A stretch of DNA of 64,000 nt from Candidatus Melainabacteria bacterium 17Bon1m (GTDB taxonomy: Bacteria; Cyanobacteriota; Vampirovibrionia; Obscuribacterales; Obscuribacteraceae). The notes beneath the pieces are model-generated. The model was not told the origin of the DNA, did not search any database, and saw nothing but the letters and a program-made list of their open reading frames with translations. The translations under genes and the position numbers were made by a program. The stretch is from NCBI GenBank assembly GCA_032128875.1, contig JAVLKG010000001.1, positions 64,001-128,000 on the forward strand, in the 5' to 3' direction. Shown one piece after another: positions 9,948 through 18,943 of the stretch. Within the stretch, counting starts at the first letter, position 1; each line of letters begins with the position of its first letter.

Positions 9948-10559
9948 TTATTGCGGTTTATCTGTAACTTCGACTTTCCAAAATGCAAGATCGTTGGTTC
10001 GCACTATGTCTTTGATTCGATCAATTGTAAGTACATTGGAATCGAAGGTGACATGAGCGACTGCGTAGCGTGGAAGTTTGCCGATTGCGTTGCTGGTTTC
10101 TGTTTCCGAAGCTTTCATTTGCGATGGTAATTCGACAGAAGCATTGATCACTCCTTGCGTCTTTTGAAATCTCGCCGCAAGAGCTTTTAAGCACGCCGGG
10201 CACAAAGAGCCGGAAAGCCTCATACTTGCTTCTTTTACATTTGGTTTTGCAGATATGGTCTGCTTCTGTTTCTCTTTGAAAAACTGATTAGCAGCGCGTT
10301 CGCGAGAGCCGGGATCTTCGGATTTTGATTGCGATTGACCGGCAGAGGTTTTGCTTGGTCCGGGGACCTCAATGGAAAAGACCGGCGGAGGAGTTTTTCC
10401 CGTGTCACCCTTCCCTTTCTCAGCAGACTTTGGAGAGATTTGTATCTGAATATCCTGCTTTTGCGAGTTCGGACTCTGCGCGAACGATTCGAAGACCGTG
10501 AAATGCATTGTGATTGCGAGCGATGCGCAGAAGTAAATAGAAATCTTTTTTGCCAACAT
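9948..10559 (-). CDS. Exported heavy-metal-associated (HMA-like) domain protein
   Basis: Signal peptide, low-complexity linker, then LSGSLCPACLKAL...GVINASV...AHVTFDS, an HMA-type CxxC pattern. Confidence 0.65.
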   Translation of the reverse strand: MLAKKISIYFCASLAITMHFTVFESFAQSPNSQKQDIQIQISPKSAEKGKGDTGKTPPPVFSIEVPGPSKTSAGQSQSKSEDPGSRERAANQFFKEKQKQTISAKPNVKEASMRLSGSLCPACLKALAARFQKTQGVINASVELPSQMKASETETSNAIGKLPRYAVAHVTFDSNVLTIDRIKDIVRTNDLAFWKVEVTDKPQ

Positions 10560-10781
10560 TTTGTCGCCTATTTTGCCTCTTCTCCTAAAACACAGTTTAA
10601 CTGGGTGGCTGCCTTAATTGCGCCTCATCTGTCTGTTGTCGACTATTGCGTTTGGTGACGATTAAAGAGTCGTGAATCTGTGCGGAGAATGCCGAAAACA
10701 GACAGTTTCTTAAGCTAACAAAGCCCACTCATTGATATGATGTACCTTTAAAGGTTGTCACTAGTGGAAGTCCAGGGATCA

Positions 10782-12758
10782 ATGCACACCCTAACAAAAC
10801 AGCCGACGTCATTTTTAGATGCTATCACCGGTCCTGCCGAGTTGAAGCAAATGTCGGTTGAAGACCTGCAGATGCTCGCAGGCGAGATTCGTCATGAGAT
10901 AGTCAGCAGTTTGTCGCGAACAGGTGGGCATTTAGCCTCAAACCTGGGAATCGTTGAAATCACTCTGGCGCTCCATCGCGTTTTCAACACTCCCAAAGAT
11001 CAAATTCTTTGGGACGTCGGACACCAAGCGTATGTGCACAAGATGCTCACCGGCAGGCGCAATCGATTTGATACCCTGCGTCAGTTCAAAGGTTTGAGCG
11101 GTTTCGTCACACCTGTAGAGAGTGAACACGATGCGTTTGTAGCAGGGCACAGCTCTACTTCCGTCTCTCTTGCAGTGGGCATGGCGATCGCGCGTGACCA
11201 TTTGAAGCAAGATCACAAGGTTATCGCTGTGATTGGTGATGGTGGTTTGACCGGCGGCATGGCGCTTGAAGCTATCAATCATTTGGGTCACATTCAGAAG
11301 AATGTTTTGATAGTGCTCAACGACAACGAAATGTCCATCAGTGAGAACACCGGTGGATTGGCGTTGTACATGAAGCGCATCAAGGAAACTTTCTTTTATC
11401 GCGACATCAAAGAAAAGCTTGATTCGATCGAAGGCAGTCTCGATAAAGTTCAACTGACTGCAGGCATTTGGGACATGATTCTCGAAGTGAAGAAGCAGGC
11501 CAAAGAGCGCTTCGACACTCCCGGTATTGTTTTCGAAAAACTAGGCATCAACTATAGCGGTCCCATCGATGGACACGATGTCGATGCTGTCGTTCAAGCG
11601 TTCGAGGCAGTTAAGGATAAATCAGCGCCACAGATTGTTCATCTCATTACCTGCAAAGGCAAGGGCTATCAGCCGGCGGAGGATGATTCAATCAAATACC
11701 ACGGCGTGCCTGCGTTTAGCTTAGAGCCGCAACTCAGCGAGAAGGTCGATGAGTCGCCAAAACCAAAACCCAAGACTTATTCAGACGTGTTCACTCAGGC
11801 ATTGATTGACGTCGCCAAAGATGAACCAAATCTGGTGGCAATCACTCCGGCAACTGCCGAGGGCAGTGGCTTGGTTAAGTTCGGCAAGGCTTATCCTGAG
11901 CGCTTCTTTGATGTGGCAATCTGCGAGCAGCACGCAGTCACTATGGCTGCCGGTATGGCAAAAGCCGGATTGAAACCGGTCGTTTCCATTTACTCCACTT
12001 TCTTGCAGCGCGCGATGGATCAGGTTATTCACGACGTCGCCATTCTCAATCTGCCTGTCGTCTTTGGTGTTGACCGCGGCGGTCTGGTCGAAGATGGTGA
12101 AACCCACCAGGGTGTGTTCGACATCGCTTACCTCCGCAGCGTGCCCAACTTCACTGTTTTGGCACCGAAAGATGCCGCTGAACTCAGAGACATGGTCTAT
12201 ACAGCAGTCAAGGAGAGCAAAGGTCCGGTAGCCATCCGCTTCCCCCGGGATAAGGCTGTTGGCGCCACCGCCGATGGTGAATACAGTGGAACCCCGTCTA
12301 ACCAACCACGCTTGATCGAACCAACGCATTGGGAGATTTTGCAACAAGGTGTGACCAGCAAGAAAGACCAAAAGCCTGCTGTAGTTTTGGCTTATGGTTC
12401 GATGGTCGACGTGGCGCGTCAGGCTCTTGAAACGATTGAGTCGAGTGTAAAACCAACCTTGGTCAACGCACGTAGTGTCAAACCACTCGATGTAAATTTG
12501 TTGGGTGAGCTTTTGCGCGACGGTCATGACACCTTCTTCACCATTGAAGAGGGCTGCCTGTCAGGCGGTTTTGGAGCTGCAGTTCTTGAATGGATGAGTA
12601 CTGCCGGGCAAGAAATTTCCGACGGTCTGCCCCGCGTAATTCCGATTGCAATTCCAGATCAGTTTGTAGAACACGGCGCACGCGCCATTCTTCTCGACTT
12701 GAATGGACTGAGCAAAGAGAAGATCGCTCAGCGTATTGAGAAAGTACTTAAAAAGTAA
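10782..12758 (+). CDS. dxs: 1-deoxy-D-xylulose-5-phosphate synthase
   Basis: GGHLASNLG, WDVGHQAYVHK, GHSSTS, TPP motif GDGGLTGG...NDN, IYSTFLQRA, DGETHQG. Start placed at ATG 10782; the track starts at TTG 10755. Confidence 0.97.
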   Translation: MHTLTKQPTSFLDAITGPAELKQMSVEDLQMLAGEIRHEIVSSLSRTGGHLASNLGIVEITLALHRVFNTPKDQILWDVGHQAYVHKMLTGRRNRFDTLRQFKGLSGFVTPVESEHDAFVAGHSSTSVSLAVGMAIARDHLKQDHKVIAVIGDGGLTGGMALEAINHLGHIQKNVLIVLNDNEMSISENTGGLALYMKRIKETFFYRDIKEKLDSIEGSLDKVQLTAGIWDMILEVKKQAKERFDTPGIVFEKLGINYSGPIDGHDVDAVVQAFEAVKDKSAPQIVHLITCKGKGYQPAEDDSIKYHGVPAFSLEPQLSEKVDESPKPKPKTYSDVFTQALIDVAKDEPNLVAITPATAEGSGLVKFGKAYPERFFDVAICEQHAVTMAAGMAKAGLKPVVSIYSTFLQRAMDQVIHDVAILNLPVVFGVDRGGLVEDGETHQGVFDIAYLRSVPNFTVLAPKDAAELRDMVYTAVKESKGPVAIRFPRDKAVGATADGEYSGTPSNQPRLIEPTHWEILQQGVTSKKDQKPAVVLAYGSMVDVARQALETIESSVKPTLVNARSVKPLDVNLLGELLRDGHDTFFTIEEGCLSGGFGAAVLEWMSTAGQEISDGLPRVIPIAIPDQFVEHGARAILLDLNGLSKEKIAQRIEKVLKK

Positions 12759-12850
12759 ATGGCCGGAGCGCCGGCTCAGCCGGCATCTAAAAGGCGCACG
12801 CAATGAGCCTCCACTCAATGCGCCTCGACGAAACGCGTCCCGCTCTCAGA

Positions 12851-12876
12851 CCGGGCGATGCATGACATCGCCCTTC
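12851..12876. repeat. REP-like palindrome CCGGGCGATG-N5-CATCGCCC
   Basis: The same family occurs at 16028-16053 and 63823-63849. It lies between the convergent dxs and recR genes. Confidence 0.65.
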
Positions 12877-13473
12877 TTACAGCTCGCGGCGGCCTTCGAG
12901 GGCTTTCGATAACGTCATGTCGTCGGCGTATTCTAGGTCGGCACCGACTGGAAGACCAAAGGCTAGTCTCGTTATCCTTACATTGAATGGCTTCATTAAA
13001 CTGGAGATATAGAGCACTGTCGCATCACCTTCGACTGTTGGATTGATCGCAAGAATAAGTTCGCGAACTTGATCGTCGTTTACCCGATTGACCAATTCCC
13101 TTATTGTGAGCTCGTCTGGGCCTTTCCCTTCCAGGGGTGAAATCAGTCCTGTGAGAACGTGATACAAGCCTTTGAACTCGCGCGTTCTTTCAAGCGCAAT
13201 TACATCTCGCGAGTCAGCCACCACGCAGACTTGCTGTCTATCCCGTCTTTCGTTAGTGCAAAGTTCGCACGGATCGGCTGCGGACAAGTGAAAACAATGG
13301 CTGCAATTGCGCACTTTTTCTTTGGCATCAACCATCGCATCAGCGAATGATTGAACCGAATCATGCGTCATGCCCAGCACATGAAAAGCCATGCGCTGGG
13401 CTGATTTAGGACCGACACCGGGCAGCTTTTGAAATTCTTCGATAAGCCTGGCCAGCGGCGGTGTGAAATACAT
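12877..13473 (-). CDS. recR: Recombination mediator RecR
   Basis: [11 protein letters not shown] HhH motif, C4 zinc finger CSHC...CELC, Toprim YHVL...ISPLEG...NPTVEGD, LEYAD. Confidence 0.97.
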   Translation of the reverse strand: MYFTPPLARLIEEFQKLPGVGPKSAQRMAFHVLGMTHDSVQSFADAMVDAKEKVRNCSHCFHLSAADPCELCTNERRDRQQVCVVADSRDVIALERTREFKGLYHVLTGLISPLEGKGPDELTIRELVNRVNDDQVRELILAINPTVEGDATVLYISSLMKPFNVRITRLAFGLPVGADLEYADDMTLSKALEGRREL

Positions 13474-13526
13474 TGTTTGTTTCCTGAGTTAGAAACTAGT
13501 TCCCCTTGTAGAAACCGTTTCTCTTA

Positions 13527-13844
13527 TTAGAAACCCATACCAGGAGGCAGCATGCCGCCCAGGTTCTTCATTGCTTGCTGCTCGCCGGCTTGCTTGGCTC
13601 TGTGGCAAGCGTCTTTGATTGCAGTAACAATCAAGTCTTCAAGCATCCCGATATCTTCCGGATCGACTGCCTCAGGTTTGATTTTGATGCCGGTGAAATC
13701 GAGCGCGGCAGTGCAGGTGACTGTAACTGCGCCGTTTCCTGCAGTGCCTTCGATTTTGGTCTTGGACAATTCGTCTTGAATCTTCTGCATTTCGGACTGC
13801 ATCTTAGCCAGGTTGCCCAGCAGTTGGTTCATGTCAGGTTGCAT
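13527..13844 (-). CDS. ybaB: YbaB/EbfC nucleoid-associated protein
   Basis: MQKIQDEL...GTAGNGAVTV...DPEDIGMLEDLIVTA, directly upstream of recR. Confidence 0.93.
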   Translation of the reverse strand: MQPDMNQLLGNLAKMQSEMQKIQDELSKTKIEGTAGNGAVTVTCTAALDFTGIKIKPEAVDPEDIGMLEDLIVTAIKDACHRAKQAGEQQAMKNLGGMLPPGMGF

Positions 13845-14136
13845 AAATTTCTCCGTCGCCGCGAGGGCTAATTGTGAGCTGGGATTGCCGACTGAGGTTA
13901 AATCAGACCGCCGGCAACGAGTAGATAAGATTATAGGCTGTCGAGCCCAGGCGCCCCGGCTCTTATGTGGGACGGTAAATGTTTCTTAAGGAGAAAACGC
14001 GCATCTAAGGCTCGCTTGGCGACAAGTATCTATACTTAAGCAATCGTGGAGCAGCAAAAAGTTCGCCTGCCCGCGTGAAATGGTGAATTCGTCAGCTATT
14101 GGCGTCCAGTACTGCTTTCAAGAGAAGTGACTGTTT

Positions 14137-14319
14137 ATGCAAGACTTTGAAACATCAACTGAAAACAACGAGACCGCAAACGAAGAGCGTGAGCCCGCCT
14201 ACGCGCGTGTCAACGCTGCAGCGAAGCAAGTCTTCAAGAAGTTCGTTCTGTTCGTATCGTTTGGCCCTGGCATATTGGGGTTCCTGTGGTTACTTGGAAA
14301 AGTATTCAAACCTCGCTAA
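14137..14319 (+). CDS. Small hypothetical membrane protein
   Basis: 60 aa with an acidic N-terminus and a C-terminal hydrophobic helix. Overlaps the start of the acyltransferase. Confidence 0.35.
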   Translation: MQDFETSTENNETANEEREPAYARVNAAAKQVFKKFVLFVSFGPGILGFLWLLGKVFKPR

Positions 14320-15185
14320 AAGACCCGCTTAAGGCGTTGGAAGAGCGAAATCCATCGTATTACGCCCGTTATGCGGGCGTTGAAGACGAGTTCGGCTTCA
14401 ACTTGGAGACATTCGCCAAGTGGGAGCCGGTTTTCCGTTTTTGCTATGAAGAGCACTTTAAGGTACGGGTTCGCGGCATTGAGAACATTCCTTCGGATGG
14501 CTCAGCGCTCCTGATCGGCAACCATTCCGGACTTTTGCCCTTGGATGGCGCCATGATTACGATCGCTATGAGTAATCAACATCCAGCACCCAGGCGAGTG
14601 AGGTACATGATCACCGACTGGTTTTTCACATTGCCCGGCATAAATGAGTGGATGGCCGAAACTGGCCAGGTACGAGCGACTTTGGAAAACGCTCGCAAAC
14701 TCGTCGATAACGATGAGCTAGTGGGCATTTACCCAGAGGGCTTGAGGGGCGTTGGTAAAACGTTCAAAGAGCGCTATAGAATTCTGGATTTCCATCCGGG
14801 GTTTGTGCAACTTGCAATCGAACGCCAAGTTCCTTTGATCCCTGTTGCCACCGTAGGTGGTGACGAGATTTTTCCCAACTTCGTCAACGTCAAGACGTTT
14901 GCGCAAATGTTGAAAATGCCGTTCTTCCCTGTCACGCCGGCATTCCCTTGGTTGCCTTTCCCACTTATGTTCGTCCCGTTGCCCGTCAAATGGATGATCA
15001 ACATACATAAGCCGATCAAGCTCGATTATCCGCCTGAGAAGGCGAAAGATAGGAAGCTTTGTTTGAAGATCGCACGTGAGATTCAGTACGACATCCAGAG
15101 AGATTTAAACCGCTTGCTCAAAGAGCGAAAATCGGTTTTTTCCGCCTGGACCGAAGATGATAACGGAAGGAGTGAAACACCGTGA
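14286..15185 (+). CDS. Lysophospholipid/glycerol acyltransferase family protein
   Basis: GIENIP...LLIGNHSGLLPLDG catalytic His/Asp motif, IYPEG, GFVQLA, PLPVKW. Confidence 0.9.
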   Translation: MVTWKSIQTSLKDPLKALEERNPSYYARYAGVEDEFGFNLETFAKWEPVFRFCYEEHFKVRVRGIENIPSDGSALLIGNHSGLLPLDGAMITIAMSNQHPAPRRVRYMITDWFFTLPGINEWMAETGQVRATLENARKLVDNDELVGIYPEGLRGVGKTFKERYRILDFHPGFVQLAIERQVPLIPVATVGGDEIFPNFVNVKTFAQMLKMPFFPVTPAFPWLPFPLMFVPLPVKWMINIHKPIKLDYPPEKAKDRKLCLKIAREIQYDIQRDLNRLLKERKSVFSAWTEDDNGRSETP

Positions 15186-16000
15186 AAGCCTTTGCTACAA
15201 GACACAAGCAGTTCATCCGCAACTCGCACAAAAGCGAAGATTATTTCGGCTTTGAGCTGCGTACACTGGCAAAACTGGAACCCGGATTGAAATTCCTCTA
15301 CGAAGATTGGTGGAAAGTCGAGTTCAAGAATCTCGATGCCATTCCGAATGAAGGTCCAGCGCTCATTGTCGGTAATTCCACCGGTCTTGTACCGTGGACC
15401 GCTATGATGCTCATCTATGCTCTCATGTCCAGAGAAAACCCGCGCCGCGTGCATGTGGTATGCGACATGGACTGGATTGAAGACGAGAGAGTTCACCACT
15501 TCTTGCGCGAACTCGGCTTTGTGCCGTGGTCTTCGGACAATGTAAAACGCTTGCTTGCAAGAGGCGAGATCGTTGCCACCTTCCCGGAAGGCATTGCCAG
15601 CACTCAGAAGACTTTCTCTCAGAGATATCGCCTCGGCGACTTCGACTGGACCCGCCTGCTGTCTGGTGTTGAAGAAGGCGTGAAGATTATTCCGCTTGCT
15701 ACTCTCGGACTCGATGAGGCAGTACCGGTTCTCTTCAATGCAGACAAGATTGCAAAACTCCTCAATATGCCTGCGTTTCCGGTGACTCCGTTCTTCCCGT
15801 TCTATCCATTCCCGGTCAACCTTTTCAGCTTGCCGGTTAAGTGGAAGATGGCTTTCCTGGCACCTTCCCAATACAAGAAGGAAACCAATCGCGACAAGGT
15901 TGAGGAGCAAGCGAAAGCACAGGCTCGCTATCTGGAAGGCGAAATCCAGGCGGAAATCAACCGTATGCTGCGCGCTCGCACGCATACATTCGCAAGATAA
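15182..16000 (+). CDS. Acyltransferase-family paralog lacking the catalytic His/Asp
   Basis: Colinear with the upstream gene (DYFGF, AIPNEGPALIVGN, FPEG, LPVKW), but GNSTGLVPWT replaces GNHSGLLPLD. GTGA overlap. Confidence 0.8.
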   Translation: MKAFATRHKQFIRNSHKSEDYFGFELRTLAKLEPGLKFLYEDWWKVEFKNLDAIPNEGPALIVGNSTGLVPWTAMMLIYALMSRENPRRVHVVCDMDWIEDERVHHFLRELGFVPWSSDNVKRLLARGEIVATFPEGIASTQKTFSQRYRLGDFDWTRLLSGVEEGVKIIPLATLGLDEAVPVLFNADKIAKLLNMPAFPVTPFFPFYPFPVNLFSLPVKWKMAFLAPSQYKKETNRDKVEEQAKAQARYLEGEIQAEINRMLRARTHTFAR

Positions 16001-16270
16001 CCTGGGAGAGCCGGCGGTTCGCCGGCTCCGGGCGATGGATTGCATCGCCGCTATAGAAAAATGGGCGCGTGCAACGCGCCCTCACGCCTGCTTGCGGAGG
16101 GCGCGGCTTTGCGCGTCAGATACGGACGAGAGAAGGACGCCGAGGAGGCGTCCGGAGCGAGTGTCGGATGCGTGCGGAGGACGAGCAAAGCGAGTCCGGA
16201 GCGCCTATATGAGGTTCGCGCCCCGAATGGTCTTTCGACCAGATGGAGCGCGTTCCTTGTAGGGGGGTTA
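16001..16270. repeat. GC-rich multi-hairpin intergenic element (REP/BIME- or MITE-like)
   Basis: Stems GAGCCGGC/GCCGGCTC, GGCGATG/CATCGCC, GCGCCCTC/GAGGGCGC, GGACGCC/GGCGTCC and TGGTC/GACCA between convergent genes. Confidence 0.5.
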
Positions 16271-16358
16271 TGGGTTTGTGGGATTGAATCGTTTAACTTT
16301 TGGGTTTCCTTGGGCGTCGAGCGCCCCATTCTTCGGTGCAGTAGAACCTTCGGCTCGC

Positions 16359-16979
16359 TTACGCGGTGCGCAGCGCTTGCACTTCTTCCAACATGCGATA
16401 CAGAGTCTTATAGGCTCTCGTTTGCACGTATGGGTTTTCATCCGTAGCAAGAATGCGCAGGATGGCGACCGGCACATGGTAGCTTTCAGCCAAACGGACT
16501 CTTACGTCCGGGCTCTCATCACGAGCAAGCTTCCAGGCGGTTTTAATAGAGATATTCATGTTTTCCGCAACGGCCGCACGCACCTGGGCTTCGTCATGAT
16601 TTGCCAGTTTTGCCAGTGTAGTTGTGTGCGTACGCGGGTTTTCTGCAATGCGCTCTAACAATCTTTTGGAGCTGTCATTGGAAAGGTGCTCGAGCACTGG
16701 GGGCGGGGTATTAGGATTAATCGCCAGCAGCCATCTGATTCGCGCAGCTTCAGCTTCTACACTTTTCTTCGAATCTTTCTCGACCGGACGCTTCGCAGCT
16801 TGGAAATCAACTTCATTACACAGCAGCACTTTTAACGCCTCCCTGATTTGGGTTTCCGGGGAGTCCCACCGGAAACGATAAGCGAAGGATAGGTCATACT
16901 CTCCTCCGTCCCTCGCACGGCCGCCAGCCTCTGGCAAATATGGGTTTCCGAAAAATGATTCAATTCTGTTGATGTTCAT
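16359..16979 (-). CDS. LRV/HEAT-like repeat protein 1
   Basis: Repeats LAINPNTP, IAENPRT, VRAAVAEN, VRVRLAES, DENPYV. Confidence 0.8.
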   Translation of the reverse strand: MNINRIESFFGNPYLPEAGGRARDGGEYDLSFAYRFRWDSPETQIREALKVLLCNEVDFQAAKRPVEKDSKKSVEAEAARIRWLLAINPNTPPPVLEHLSNDSSKRLLERIAENPRTHTTTLAKLANHDEAQVRAAVAENMNISIKTAWKLARDESPDVRVRLAESYHVPVAILRILATDENPYVQTRAYKTLYRMLEEVQALRTA

Positions 16980-17069
16980 GAAATTGAATACGTCCGGTTG
17001 CCCACCACCGTATATTCAAATTATTACTTAGAGTTAAGCATCGCCGGGATAAGCCCATATATATCTTTG

Positions 17070-17330
17070 TATAGGGTCCGGTATGGGTTTATGGTTTTTG
17101 GGCAAAAGGCGACAAAAAACGGGGACGCCAGCCCCCGTTTCCATTGCGCATATTTCCCCTGCCAGCGAACTTAGCGGTCGGTCACCCGACGTATAAATTT
17201 CCCTATAAGGTTTCGGTGTTCTCTATAGGTTCGGATTCTTATACCTGACCTTCCTACCCGAACTCCTATTTCCGAACTCCTATATTTAGGTCCGGGCGTT
17301 AAATGGCTCGTGCGTAGTTGTATAGGTTCG
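17070..17330. promoter_or_regulatory. Array of TATAGG..TCGG-like motifs in both orientations
   Basis: About 7 copies, including the direct repeat CCGAACTCCTAT at 17258-17269 and 17272-17283. Confidence 0.45.
17114..17140 (-). terminator. Rho-independent terminator downstream of LRV protein 2
   Basis: The minus strand reads AAACGGGGG-CTGGCGT-CCCCG-TTTTTT. Confidence 0.65.
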
Positions 17331-17910
17331 AGAAAAATCGATTGACCTGGGTCATTGGACTTTGTCCCGTCTCTTCCACCAATTGCATCAGGCGCTTGCG
17401 AGTTTCATTCGCCCGGAATTGCTTCCATGACGCGGACTCGCCCACAACGCTGCGGGCTGCTTCGACGCGCTCTAGAGTCTTGACTGCGCGAGAAGCAACA
17501 TAAGGATTATCGTCTTCAGACAAAGCTTTGAGGATTGCTTCGGGCAAGCTGTGATTCTCAGCCAAACCAAATCGCACATCAGCGTCTTCGTCCATGACCA
17601 GCATCCAGAGTGTTTCTCGGCTCGTATGGTTGTTCTCTGCAGTTGCCAGCCGCACATGTGCTGAAGGATGTTTCGCCAGTTTGTTCAGCAAGTACGGCGG
17701 GCAATTCGCATTGCCTGCAATGAGTTCAAGAATTATTGGACCTGCTGTTCTGGAAAGTGCTTCGAGCACATCTGGTGTTGTGTTCAAACTAGTTGCGATA
17801 ATGCGATCGCTCACGATGTCGTCTTTGCCGGACATCTGACCATTTTGTCTCGACTCGCACGCGGAAGAAATAAAAGTCGCCGTGCACAACGTGCTGAAAA
17901 TGTTCATCAC
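17299..17910 (-). CDS. LRV/HEAT-like repeat protein 2
   Basis: IAGNANCP, VRLATAEN, DEDADVRFGLAENHSLP, DDNPYV. Confidence 0.8.
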   Translation of the reverse strand: MMNIFSTLCTATFISSACESRQNGQMSGKDDIVSDRIIATSLNTTPDVLEALSRTAGPIILELIAGNANCPPYLLNKLAKHPSAHVRLATAENNHTSRETLWMLVMDEDADVRFGLAENHSLPEAILKALSEDDNPYVASRAVKTLERVEAARSVVGESASWKQFRANETRKRLMQLVEETGQSPMTQVNRFFSNLYNYARAI

Positions 17911-18388
17911 AATAAACTCTCCTCTTCTAGGTAAGAAGCGGGGTGGGGGTAGCCCCTCTTATGTATTGCCTGACTGCCGTGCTCTGTTCTATACGCGGTC
18001 TGCCGAAATTGGACAGAGGCGCCCAAATTTGTTTGGTCAGACACCACTATTGATACCGCGGTAAATCGATTAATCGCCGGTTGTGATTACAACTATAGTG
18101 TTAGCCCGAACGGGTGAGTGGGTGAAACCAGCAATTAATCGGGGTTTTCAGAGCGTTCTATTGCTTTCTTTTTGATAACCAATCCCGCAATCGCTTGATG
18201 CACAAAGGAAGAAGGACGCACTTCTTCTATCCTATATATGGTATCTCGGTGGTAACACTGGCGAAAATGCTGGGTTTTCCCTGTATAGCAATATACGGAT
18301 CGCTATATCCACGGAGCAGGTGGTGGCACTAGGATAGTAATGTGGGCGTTGTTGGGTGTGAGTTACGAGTAAATGAGGTTCGGTTCAA

Positions 18389-18889
18389 ATGGAACAACGT
18401 AATGGAAAGGCTCAAGGCAAAGAGTCTGCCACCTCGTCTGCTCTAGGGAGTGAAGAGATGCGAACAAAACTTGCCATGGCTGTGAATCCTAATACACCTT
18501 CGAAAGTGCTTTCCGATTTGGCTGAAACAGCCCCGGAGTGCATTTTGGAACGCATTGCGGAAAATCCGCGGGCATCTGCTGATACCCTGTCCAGACTGGC
18601 AGCGCACTGCTGTGCTGCGGTGAGAGTAGCTGTTGCTGAAAATACTAATACTGTGCTAGACGTGCTGCTTGAGCTGGTTCAAGATGAAAGCGTCGACGTT
18701 CGTTATAGCATCGCTGAGAATCACAGCATGCCATTCGGCATTTTGGAAAGTTTGATCGATGATGAAAATCCTTATGTTTCCATGCGTGCGCGCAAGACTC
18801 TTGCTCGGCTGGTGGAAAACAATGTTCGCCATGGAAGATTCAAAATTGGCACCACTGAGGTCATCGAGCCAAAATTCCAAACCGGCTAA
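18389..18889 (+). CDS. LRV/HEAT-like repeat protein 3
   Basis: AVNPNTP, IAENPRAS, VRVAVAEN, DESVDVRYSIAENH, DENPYV. GAGG RBS. Confidence 0.82.
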   Translation: MEQRNGKAQGKESATSSALGSEEMRTKLAMAVNPNTPSKVLSDLAETAPECILERIAENPRASADTLSRLAAHCCAAVRVAVAENTNTVLDVLLELVQDESVDVRYSIAENHSMPFGILESLIDDENPYVSMRARKTLARLVENNVRHGRFKIGTTEVIEPKFQTG

Positions 18890-18919
18890 TACTTTTTGTC
18901 GGCTTGGATAATCAGCGTG

Positions 18920-18942
18920 GGGCGCATTGTATGCGCCCTTTT
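18920..18942. terminator. Hairpin/terminator between convergent genes (REP-like)
   Basis: GGGCGCAT-TGT-ATGCGCCC followed by TTTT. Confidence 0.6.
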
Positions 18943-18943
18943 A

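Noticed and set aside
11781-12527. 248-aa antisense ORF inside dxs, and similar ORFs at 10938-11453, 5860-6477, 7421-8032, 15083-16045 and 63070-63642
   Set aside because: They are shadow frames of well-supported genes, with no motifs or RBS.
13845-14136. Expected SRP RNA (ffs) or dnaX upstream of ybaB-recR
   Set aside because: I could not find the SRP domain IV pattern or a dnaX remnant. ybaB-recR without dnaX is not unusual.
15900-16658. Several overlapping Arg-rich ORFs
   Set aside because: They arise from the GC-rich hairpin element or are antisense to LRV gene 1.
17200-17295. Possible mini-CRISPR or replication iterons
   Set aside because: Units are about 12 nt, irregularly spaced and in mixed orientation. 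There is no rep or cas gene.
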